Shown one piece after another: positions 52,800 through 64,000 of a DNA stretch of 64,000 nucleotides. A program made the translations under genes and the position numbers. The notes beneath the pieces were generated by a model. The model saw nothing but the letters and a program-made list of their open reading frames with translations. It searched no databases and was not told the origin of the DNA. The stretch lies in the NCBI GenBank assembly GCA_043228905.1, contig JBHGNT010000002.1, positions 2,852,001 to 2,916,000 on the forward strand. Reading direction: 5' to 3'. The stretch is from Azolla caroliniana (lineage: Eukaryota > Plantae > Polypodiophyta). The first letter of the stretch is position 1; each line of letters starts with the position of its first letter.

Positions 52800-53700
52800 G
52801 AGGAGAGATAAACTAGAGAGAGATTGGATTGATTGATTTATTGTCCCCCAAGGTTGAATGTCAAGACTTTTACTGATGAGAATTGTAACTGAGAGTGCAC
52901 ATTGTGTCTCATAGAGAAACTTGTACATGGATAGGTAAAGCATGAATGTTTGGTTGAAAATGTTTGTTAGAAACACTAAAAGAGTGAGAGACAGAGAGAG
53001 GAGAGGGAGAGAGAGATATTTTATTATTATCCTTGGAGATCTAAGATGGCATATAGAACCAAAAATGAAACATTTTCAAATAGTGTGTGTAGAGTTTATC
53101 AAGAACTGTCGATGTTCAAGAATCTTACCAATGAATGTTGCAGTTCAGGGTGTCGGACAAGAATGTGTAGGGGTAGGTAATCTATATTCACATGGGGAAA
53201 GCAAACTTGATTGTAATAGAAGATGGAGCATTGTAATAGAGTGTGACGCTCAGGCATGTGAAATTGCTGTGGCAAAATATGCATGATTGTCAAGTCTCTC
53301 TTCTCATGGACCTAGGCTCTCGCAAGTTGTCTTCAAAATAGAATGCAAACTAATTTTGTATGAAGGTAGTGGTGTGCGTTGTGGATGGTGGACACATATG
53401 TGCTCTAGCATATATGGGTGTGAGTGTGAAGGTGTTTTTTTTGCAATTTTGGTTCAATATATGTAATCTAACATGTGAAACGTTAAGGCTCCACATCATT
53501 CCTAGTTCATGCATTGCAGAAAAGACTCATTCATCAAAGGATCTAGGCATCATGGATGGAGCAAGTGTAATGCATCTTATCTTCCAAAACATTTCTACAT
53601 ATACTACATTCATGAGAGAGAGGGGAAGTGAGATTTAATATGGAAGATTCTAGTTGTAGTATTTGACACTAATGCATGTTTTGCAATTTCCATTAGGAAC
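52800..53700 (-). mobile_element. Two adjacent decayed 3' fragments of the LINE family seen at 22841-23763
   Basis: The reverse complement of TGCAACATTCATTGGTAAGATTCTTGAACATCGA (~53110-53140) and of CACAATGTGCACTCTC (~52891-52906) match 23605-23660; both 3' ends abut (GA)-rich tracts. Confidence 0.68.
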
Positions 53701-54643
53701 TATAATCGTAAAGTAAATACTTAGACTCAAACATATCACAACCAGACATGCGAAAAATAAAAGGCCAAACTATCAAAAACTTCATTCTAGTTTAACGTAA
53801 ATCTTGAAAGGTTAACCATGACTCTAAAAACTCTTAAGGTTGTAACAAACTAATTAATGAAATTTGGGAAAATGAACCAAAATACTGTCGTAATGATTTT
53901 TGATAATTAGAAAATCAATTTTCCAACAACCACCAAACTTGTATTGGATCTTCATTAGAAACTACTCATGGTGTAATATCCACGAAGTTAAGATTCAAAT
54001 TTTCAATAAGTAAAAAAAAGCATGGCTCGTAATTGCTCTTCTTTCGTGAACAACATTAATTAACTACCAAATAGTTTTAAGTTTTACTTTTGAGAATGAA
54101 AATGATGAGTTGCTAATCACAATGATAAAATTATATTGTGTCGCGAACAACCTTCCCTATCATCAAAATTAATTCTTTGATATCCCCAAGTGACACGTTA
54201 ATAGTTGCTTCGAATTCAGTGATTGTGATCCGGATTGTGTGAGTTATGACAAATTGGCATGTTGGCCGCTTGATAAATTGTTCAAATTTGACAAAGAAGG
54301 ATACATACACAATGGTTTATGTGTAACCATGGTGGAGACAATAATTCGAGGTGTCGATATCAAACACTTTGCAAGATAAGATATTAAAGGACCTCAGAAA
54401 AAGTGAGCCTTACCCGGGGATAAGGACAAACTATGCAAAAGCTTTTTCAATATGATATTGAAGAATTAAAGTGTACTAGACATGAAAGAAGTTTCAGAAA
54501 AAAAAGCGAACTTTGGACTTGAAGTTTGAATAAGGAAATTGAACGAGAAAGAAACAAGTGGAAAGGGGTGAATAAAGAAAGATGGTCAGATGGATCATTC
54601 ATTCAATGGCCTTGTGACATTTGTCCTAGTCGACCTACACGAT

Positions 54644-55048
54644 CACGTGCTCAAACATTGACACCTCTTCTCTTGGCCTCTTTTTTTAATCATTTCGCTA
54701 TGTCTTCTTTTGTGATACCAAAGTAATTTATAAGATGTAAGCTTCCCAAATTGCGCCTCGGTCTCTTTCCTTTCTTTGTTTGCGTGTACACATGAACAAC
54801 AACAATAAAGTTCTTTTATCGTGTAAATGAATTATACATGTTGGTGTCACACATGACAAAGTAGCATATGTGCTTGCACGTTTTCTAATCACAAATGCAT
54901 AATAGTGTCAACAGACCACGAGTCAATGACTAGATGGGATTCATATCCTAATCAAGACACAAAAAGACCCTCTTATTCCGTCAAAATTTTAGGGACTAGA
55001 ATGCCATGTCTTTTGATGTTATTCCTCGACCCTCTCTTTCTCTTCTTT

Positions 55049-55090
<42 letters not shown>

Positions 55091-55424
55091 CTCTCTCTCT
55101 CTCTCATAATCATGTAGAGAGAGAGAAGTGTATATGTACAAGGAATAACGTGGAGAAGTAGAAGGTTTGCAAACATCTGGGAAGGGCGGGTAAATTTTTG
55201 AAAAATACAAGGGGTATATGTTCCTAGGAATTTCGTGAAGGTCACGAGAGGCAGGTTTGGTATTTAGAAATCCCAGGCATCAAGATTCAAAACAATACAT
55301 CAAGGGGATATCGTGAGTGAGTGAGTGATTGAGTGATTTTGTGTGTGTGTGTGTGTGTGGTGATTAAGATGTACGCGTTGTGTAAAGGAAAAGCGAGAGC
55401 AATCCGAGAGTGTCTGGGCACGTG
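54644..55424. promoter_or_regulatory. G-box and T/G-box motifs upstream of the JAZ gene (candidate MYC-binding sites)
   Basis: CACGTG at 54644 and 55419; CACGTT at 54877; AACGTG at 55147. JAZ promoters are known MYC2 targets, but these motifs are short. Confidence 0.4.
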
Positions 55425-55767
55425 GAGACAGATGCCGTTTCGGTGGTCATTGGAGTCTGCTAAGTTGGTCGGGGCACACACGAGGGGTATTGTTCGGGCA
55501 ATTAAAAAAAGAAGAAGTGATGGAACCACAGAAGAAGAGAGAGACAATAGGGATAGGGAATTGGAGGGGTATTGTTCTTGTAATTAAAAATTTCTCTCTC
55601 TTCATGGAATGAAGTGAAAAAATCTTTATTTGTTATAAATTACAAATATGACCTCCATCCCTTCCCTCTTCATTTTTCCTTCCTTCCTCCTCTGTTTCAT
55701 CCTTCTTCTTCTTCTTACTTCCTGTTTATTCATTTGATTTATTCCCCAAAAGGAAAAAAAAACAAAA

Positions 55768-57777
55768 ATGGTGGTCACTCGTGACCTTCTCATTAGCCTT
55801 TGCAACAATACTAATAATAGTAATCATCCAATTTCTGTTGGAATCAATCAGAGTAATAGCTCCTTTTCCCCTGCAGATTGCAGTAGTACTAACAATAACA
55901 GCTTCCTGAGAAACAATTATAATGGAAACAACAAAGATTTGTCATCTTCCAGAGGTAAATCCGATTTATGTTTGGAATAAATTCTTCTCCTTTTTTTTTT
56001 TTTTGCTGCTGCTTCCATAGCTTCTCCACTTATAAATTTAGAAACAAAAATTAAATCCCCAGTATGCACATATACATGAGGAGATGAAAGAAAAGGAGAA
56101 GGTCTTTTCTTGTTGTGTGTGGGTTAGGGTTTGATAGGATACATGGATTTTAACAATAGAAAAGGGGAGGCTGGATTTGAAGGGGGGGGGTTAACCCTAA
56201 TAACACCATCCATATCTGCATACATGTATAGCCTCAAATATCATATTCTCAATTGATGCCCTTGGGTGTTTTCAAACACTACCACCCTTCATAGTCGTAG
56301 TAGATGGCCGATGTTATATATATGTATGTACCGATGTATACACGCTCTTGGGTATGATTTTATAGTGTTCCTAGGCTCAAAATGTGGGGTGGAATTTTGT
56401 ATCCATAGGCCTTCAATGCACATTTTAGTGTCCCTCTAGATGTCGCGAGACCACCCTCGAGATCATCGGCTGATATTAGGTAATCTTAATGAAATGTTGT
56501 CGTTATCTAATGCCTTACATTGGTTGGTATAATTGCTTGATATAGTGAACTTAATTGATCTTATAGCACTCGTGCATTAGTCTTATCTGCTTTTGCCCCT
56601 CCTCATCAATTGACACAACCTTGCACTCTCTTATCAGAAGCAAACTTTCGTATACGCAATGAAGGTGATGCTTCGCAACAAGTCTTGGCTTTTGGAACCC
56701 CGAACCTCGATGAAAGATTCATGGAGGGGAGTGGTGATAGACATATATGCGTAACAAATGCATCGTGTTTTCCAATGCGGACAATGACTCCATTAACAAG
56801 CGGTATTCCAAGGTACGAGTTCATCGAGTAATCAATTCATCCATTAATTTAACTAATAATAAGTGAAATGTGTATACTTATGAGTTGTTCTTCTAACTCA
56901 TCATGGTGACACACTCGCGGAATTCCCATAGTGTTATGACTGAGTGCTCTCTCAATGTGGTTTTCTAGAAATACTTTTGATCCCTATCCTGAGAAAAATT
57001 GTGGACAAATGACTATATTTTATGCCGGGGAAGTCAGTGTGTATGATGATGTGCCTATTAGCAAGGTATGCATGTTGTATACATGTTTTGTGATTGTTTT
57101 CTATTTATTTCTTGCATTTAATATATGATGGTGAAGTTGTATGCAACAGTGTGCGAGGGAATTGTGACACTATGTTCTCTCGTGTCATTTGGTGCTACAT
57201 TTTGTGGTGATTGACAATATTTGGTGCACACTAGCAACCCTTTGTACTTGCGAGGGCAATAAAACTATATTGTTTTGCAGGCACAAGAAATTATAGATAT
57301 GGCAATTGATGAGAATAGATGGTCTAAAAAGGTAAGTAAACCACTCGCAGCGATGGACCCTTTTGCCATGAAAACATTGCGAAAGGAAGAGAATTCAAAA
57401 CATAATGTTCCCGTGAATGGCCACATCGATAACCATTATATTGGTGGTGTCAAAGTTAGTGAAAGCTCTACACAAGTGAACATTAAGCATGAGACTGAAT
57501 GCCTTGCACCAAAACCAACTAGACCATGTGCAAGTTCATCTCCTCGGTCAAAGATGGTACTTGAAGGTAACGTATTTATTTACATATATCATGCCTCTCG
57601 ATCCCCAATGTTGTTTGTTTCTAGAGTGTATTCTTGGGGGCAAATTGAGGGCATTCCATAAAATATCAACTCAATAATTAAGCTAGTAAGTTTTGAGGAT
57701 TGAGGCATACTTTGATAAATATCCAAAAAGTTAGGGGCACTTTGGTAATGTTTCACCCTAATATATGTATGTATGTA

Positions 57778-57813
<36 letters not shown>

Positions 57814-58162
57814 GCTTTGTATATGTATGTATGGTGTACTAATATGCTTGCTTATAATCCAGGAACTTTACCTCATGCTCGAAAGGCATCGTTAGTACGT
57901 TTCTTTGAGAGGCGCAACTCAATGAGGTAATTTGTTATGATAATATCTTCTTGTTTTTCCAATAATGAGAATATAAAGATTGGGATCATGAAATTAATCG
58001 TGTTCGCTTTTGCTTGTCTTTCATACATTTCTCAGGATGCATTTAATGCGTCCATATCTGAGGAGTAATGCTTCTCCAAGGAAGCCTGGGATAAGGGTCA
58101 ATCCAAAGCTTTTGTATCCAAGTACAATGCGAATTTCTCTAAGACCTAATATCATCTTATGA
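55768..58162 (+). CDS. JAZ: TIFY/JAZ jasmonate-signalling repressor, 6 exons: 55768-55954, 56638-56812, 56969-57065, 57281-57566, 57863-57926, 58036-58162
   Basis: N-terminal MVVTRDLL; TIFY/ZIM domain QMTIFYAGEVSVYDDVPISK|AQEIIDMA; Jas domain LPHARKASLVRFFERRNSMR|MHLMRPY. Intron phases are consistent. Confidence 0.9.
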
Positions 58163-61100
58163 TGGGTATGGATAATCATTTTGACTACTATCAAATAAGA
58201 GTGTAACATGTTAACATGAGATTTAATGATATGAGCAAAAATATTAATGTTAATGTTAATTCCTGTTTCTAATTGCAATCTTATATATCATTTTTAATGT
58301 GTTTGTTGAAATTTAGATCTAAACTAAATATGAACTTCTAGTATTGTGGGGCATCACTACATTCAAGGGGTGAACTTTCATAACATAGAATATAGAGTAA
58401 AACTCAAAAATACCTCTACGTTTTTCTTTATTTCCTCGAATCCCTTTGAGCTATCTTTTTTCCTCAAAATACGCTTGCCCTAAAGGAGATAAAGAAAAAG
58501 ATTATGAAGTGATTGATGATTGCTCCAATAACATATATAATTGGGAAACAGGGGATGCCTTAGAAAATATAGCTTCTCTTTGGGGCTCCCCAAGGAAATA
58601 GCAAAAAACCTCATGGCATTTGAAGAAGAAAAGTTTAGGCTATTGCGCCATTTATTCCTTTTATTACCCTTACCATTTCAATTCAATGTCCTTATTGTTT
58701 AAGTGAATAACTTTCACCACTTGAGCTATCTTTAGGCATAGTGTGAACCATGCGTGCATTAACATTTGAGAATGTTTCAGTCATTCGATTATAGGTAAAA
58801 AGTGTACAAAAAAAACATAAGAATGTTTTGATAACAAACACATTTGTTTGCATTAGTATGGAAAAGAATGTTTGCCAATGCATTCGAGTATATTACGTAT
58901 TGTCTTTACGTATTGATTTGCCTTTCGTCTAATTTCATGTCCGTTAAGTTACATTTTGCCAAGATATTTATGCTTTGTATTGCACACCCCACTACTTTTT
59001 GTCAGATCCGAGGAATATCTTTTCATTCTAATGCAAAAATAGAACCGACACAAATTTGGACCACAATATAAGCTTTATGCTTTCAATAATCAAATAAAGT
59101 TGTTGCATTTTGATTAATGAGTATAAATAGGTTGTGAACTATATATTTTGGACTTCCAAAACTAAGAGCCTAATCCACCCCAAATCTAAAAGAAAGCTTG
59201 TACTTTCTTGACATGATCACATTTGGTCATAGTCATATGTTAACATCTTGACATAGTTCATTTGAGATAGGTTTTTGTGATGTCATATAATATATTGCAT
59301 TGAGCTTACTGCTTGCATGGTTATAATTGTAATGGGTTAACACAAATAGTTAAGGTGTGAATGATTCGTAGTTTACGAAATTGGATATATGAATGTAGTT
59401 GATTAATTTGGGTTTGTTATCAATGTTAATCAAGATGGAAACATCATGACATACCTTATTAATCAAATCCATGACATGCATAATACACGATGATGAACTA
59501 CCTCTTCTAAAAAATGTTTTAGAAAGCTCTCGATATAAATGGGAAAAAGAGAAGAATTAAAAGCAAATAATCAATTCATTAGCAATTTGAATTTCCACAT
59601 CGTGGTGCTTCACTTTCACTAACTAAAGACCTTAGATGATACACCTCCTTCCATGTTTGTCATGTGTGTAATAACGAGATGAAGTTTTGAGCTTATTTCA
59701 AGAGAGTTCAAAGAAGCATTGACACGACATGGCTCTAGTTGGAAAATCACCAATTGTAAGCAACTAAGGATCACGTCATAATCTAGGTCAATGTGTTGCA
59801 CAACATTACCTCACCCGAGTTAAATTCTTATAAAGACAGTCTGATAGAGCCTATGGGGCAATGTTTGACATCAAAAAGTTGATTGTAGAACCAATAGGTG
59901 CAACGATTGCAATGCAACCAATAGTTTATTTGAATGGATGCAACTCACTAGCAACATCACATGAAATTTGTAACAAAAACCTATATAAGTTAGATATACC
60001 CCAAATTCTAAGCTAATAAACGATTGATTGAATATGTGATTATGTAGCTGACAACATCTCCAAGAAGGGATTATGGATCTTTGTGCCTTCTTGTCCTATT
60101 GTCATCACCGTATGGATCTCTATGCCTTCTTTGCCCATTTTCTTCATCATTGTTGATGTTTATGGCCTAGATGGTCTTCTCGGGTTTGGGCTACTTTTCC
60201 CGAAGGATCATGTGTCGGTGGGTATGTACTTAAAGACATCTCTTTTTGTTTACCTCCTCCAAGCCTCTATTATGATGTCACTCCTGCTATAGAGAAGTCC
60301 CAAAATTCTTTGTATGTGGCCTCTCTCTTGGAGGTTTCCTAGTTGCAAACACACAACCCCTTCTCCCTTCTTGGAGGTTTCCTTTGATGGTGGTGATCAT
60401 ATTGTTTATGGTGAGATCACCCATGAAACTGCCCCATGGACCCTCTCTGGTTTGACAACGAGGTTCTTAGCTCCCATCAAAGAGGGTGCTAAAATGTCTC
60501 TATAGTTGCTTGGATAATTAATTGCATGAACGCTTGATAGTTTATAAATCGGTATGCTCAAGTTCATGGAAGATGTAGCCAATTATAATGGGTACTCTTT
60601 TTATTATGTAGCAAGTTTCACTCTTTCTTTTCCTTAATTCACTAACGTGTTTTGGTGGGCAAAAGATGCTAATAAACATTTGGGTAATCACACCGGAAGA
60701 GGTAGTTCTAAATGTCACAATCTCACTCCACAACCCCATCATCCTTGAACCTCTGCAACTAATCAAGCACAACCCATCTGGGATATGAGAACTTACCTTC
60801 TTTCACAAACCTTGTTCGAAATGTTGTCTAATCCCTACCATATGACCAAAGCCCCAAAGTTAGGTTGGAGGCTTTCAATCAAATAATGTACCCTAGTCGA
60901 GCCATGCCCTATTGAGCCTATCCCCATCAAACCTTGCTTTGTGGAGTACATGCTTACGATAAAAATAAAAATAAAACTTAGATAGACTTCCTCAATTTGC
61001 TTGGTAAGCAAGTATTAAAGTCCAAAATATACACAAAAGCAAAAATATCCCATTCCATATGGATACAATTTACTTGAAGTTGGGATACATTACACATGCT

Positions 61101-61542
61101 TCATGATGGCCAAATAGATTCCTCAATTAAATAAGGTTTCTCACAAATGTATCATGGCTTGGGAGTTATATGCAGGCTCATGTTTCACACATTATATGGC
61201 ATGTAGTGTATTGTACCAAACTACAAAACCATCTTGTTATTCAAATGAGAAAACTAAAGTTCCATATACATGATATCCCAACTTGTTTGCCATCCATCTC
61301 GTTGTTTCCATGGGCATTAGCTCGCACTCTCTTCGATATGAAATGGGGCATCCATGAGGTGGCTTGTCAAATATGCATGTTTTATCTTGAACAAGTCCAC
61401 GAGTTCGAATATCACACTCATTTATGAACCATTTATGAACTCTCAAGTATTTAAACCAAACCATTTAAACCCAAATCGTTTAGCGAAAAGTTGAAACCAA
61501 ACCGAACCATTTAATAAAAAAATTAAACCTAGCCATTTAACT

Positions 61543-61582
61543 TGTAAACGTAAGTGTTTGCGGAAGCGTAAAACAGAGAACA

Positions 61583-61657
<75 letters not shown>

Positions 61658-63288
61658 AGAACGTAATTTCAAAATTATATCAAGACTCTGTATATACACT
61701 GTGCTAAGTAGCACTATTTATACAAGTCCTCTTGGGACTGACAGAAGTACCATGTACTTCAATGCTCACACGAGCATCTGACACTTACTACGAGACTATA
61801 GCTACCTAGTAGTCTATCCTGTACTAGGCTTCCGATTGGACTACCGGTTACGGATTGCACCCGGCCTCAACTGCTTGCCGGTTCGGTTGCTCACCGTCAT
61901 ACCGATCCGTTTCGCCCGATCCGTCTCGCTTACCGGCTCCGGCTTATTCAGCCGATCCGGCTTCGGTTGAGCTTGCCGCTCAACACTCCCCCTCAAGCTC
62001 AACCTGAGGTGGGGTCGTAGTGTCGACCTCTGTGGCAGTCGGTTCTTCCAACCGACTTCTCCTGGCGTCACTCCGCCTTGCTCGCGCTCCTCGTTCGGTC
62101 CGGTCCCGTTTGCCGCGACCCCTTTGGTTCTGCGCGCCTCGACCCTCTCGGTCGACATGTCTGTTCAATAGGCCCATCTCAGCACTCACGTTGCTGTGAC
62201 TCCGGCGCTTGCCGATCCGTCGGTTCTCCCACAATGGCATCGACTTCCGCTGTGTCCGTGTCCCCTTGGCCTTCAGTCGATCCGACTCATCCGGATCCAT
62301 TTGTTGATCCGAGTAAGCTATCTCCGACTCGTTCCAGCTCTTGTCCGAATCGGTACACTCCGATTCGACTTCCGGCTTCAGGCCTCTCACCACATCGGAC
62401 CACTTCCGAGTCTTGGCCTTCTCCATGCTTCCCTCGGCTTCTTCAGCCGGTGAACCAAAATCGAATTCTTCATTCGACTCTGTATCATGGTCAGTACCGT
62501 CGTGATGACCTCCGCACAACATGCACTTCTCTTCCTGAGTGCACAACTCTTCTTCACAGCCGCTTGTTCCGACCTATTCGGATGTGTCGACTTCCTTCAT
62601 CTTCTTGTCTCCTCTTCTTCTGGCTCTCCTCTTACCGACGGGTTCAACAGTTTGTTTTTGGCCTTTGCCCGTTTCGGTAGAGACTTTGCCCTTGCTTCTC
62701 CCCCTTAAGTGCGGCACGTCGAGATGCTGAATGCCAAGCATGTCGGTAAAGTGCTGCAACTTGTCCGATCCGAGCAGCTTGGTGAAGATGTCGGCAACTT
62801 GCCGATCCGTATGAACATACCGTAGGTAAACTTCACCGCTCAGGACCCGCTCACGCACGAAGTGGTAGTGCACCTCAATGTGCTTTGTGTGAGCATGGAA
62901 CACAGGGTTCCTGGCGAGCTGCAGGCTGCTCATGTTATCGCAGTAAATCGGGATCGGGGTCGGTACCTCGATTCGCAAGTCTCACAGCAGTCGCCGAAGC
63001 CAGATGGCTTCACAAGTGGCAATGGTAGCAGCCCGGTACTCAGCCTCAGTGCTTGACAAAGCCACTGTGGGCTGCTTCTTGCTGCTCCACGCAACGGCCG
63101 CGCTACCTATTGAGAACATGTATCCGGAAGTGGAGCGACGATCAAACGCATCGCCGGCCCAGTTAGCATCTGTGTAACCGACAAGCTCTTCGGGTATACC
63201 TCGCCGATATAGCAGACCCCGGTCCTTAGTGCTGCTGACATACTGTAATATTCGTTGCGCGCACTGAAGGTGCTCCACGGTCGGCTTC
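61543..63288 (-). mobile_element. 3' part of a Ty1/copia element: RT end, RNase H, long C-terminal extension, PPT and 3' LTR (61985 to ~61543)
   Basis: KPTVEHLQCAQRIL...GYTDANWAG...RRSTSGY...STEAEY; IYCDNMS...TKHIEVHYHFVRE...QVADIFTK; PPT GAGGGGGAG followed by TGTTG at 61985. The distal LTR end is inferred. Confidence 0.88.
61591..61655. repeat. (AG)n microsatellite, probably inside the copia 3' LTR
   Basis: Direct observation. Confidence 0.95.
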
Positions 63289-64000
63289 TGTTAGAAATTG
63301 ACGCTTTCAAAACCTTCCCCTCTCGGCCACAACCGAGGAAACACGAATCAATGCAGCAGTAAATCGAAAACACAGAGAGAGACTCGAATGCACAGGGTTT
63401 AGCGTGGAAAACCCTAGACGGGAAAAACCACGGGAGTGCAAGACTCCAACTATCACTATACGCAGGGAATGTACAATGGCGAGCTGCAAGGCGACGACCT
63501 TGAGCTCGCTGTCCTCGCCACAGGCGGCGGTATTACACAGAGGCGTCAACCTCTTCCTTTCTCTCTCTCTCACTCTCTCTCTCGGCTGCTCTCACTTCGC
63601 TCCCTCTAAGTGGAAAACAGAAAAATGAGCAACAACTACAAAACTGTTTGCCCTAAGTCATATTTATACACATATGACTTTCGGGCTATTTACAAAATAT
63701 AGCCTCGAGGGCCCTTGGCAAACATATTCACAAATATGTCCCCGCATCCGGATCTCTCTCCGGGTACATTCGTCATCCGGCTCCGTAGCCGGGGTCTTCA
63801 TCATCCGGATCCGAAACCGGGTCTTCATCATCCGGTTCCGATACCGGGTACTCCTCATTCGGGTCTTCATTCCCGATTCCCGGACATCTGACCATCCCAT
63901 CCGGAGGAACCGTAATCCCAACAAACTCCCCCTTCACTTCGGCATGGGATGTCTTTCCAGTCCGACCCTCTTCCGGCACGCTTCCAGCTTGTCGGGTGTG
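63289..64000 (-). mobile_element. 3' LTR (63923-63289) and PPT of a second LTR element nested in the RT of the previous copia; continues beyond the window
   Basis: The RT frame breaks at a TG..CA-type boundary at 63289. On the minus strand GAAGGGGGAGTT precedes TGTTGGG at 63923; TATA-like motif near 63665; ~27-bp CCGG-rich tandem repeats at 63772-63880. Confidence 0.8.

Noticed and set aside
59400-61400. Possible retroelement remnant downstream of the JAZ gene
   Set aside because: No diagnostic domain, LTR pair or TSD was recognisable.

Overview
Eukaryotic land-plant genomic DNA with spliceosomal GT-AG introns; a fern is likely (inferred from the PPR motif style and the retroelement lineages). 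Five intact host genes can be spliced by hand: 40S ribosomal protein SA (-), an Mpv17/PMP22 protein (-), cytosolic seryl-tRNA synthetase (+), FIS1 (+) and a TIFY/JAZ repressor (+). Between them lie many transposable elements, most with ends and target-site duplications (TSDs) readable directly. The main one is a nest at 11.1-27 kb: an old Ty3/gypsy element is interrupted by a self-priming chromovirus, which in turn carries an intact Ty1/copia with identical LTRs and a LINE fragment in its 3' LTR. Also present: a decayed Bianca-type copia, three hAT-type MITEs, an L1 remnant, a retroposed PPR fragment and two nested LTR elements at the right edge. The most unusual structure is the chromovirus 5' end: U3, then the self-primer sequence, then an inverted U5/R, then a full LTR, all inside a single TSD. 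It looks like an integrated self-priming reverse-transcription intermediate. No rRNA, tRNA or CRISPR array was found. All family assignments come from motif recognition, not database searches.
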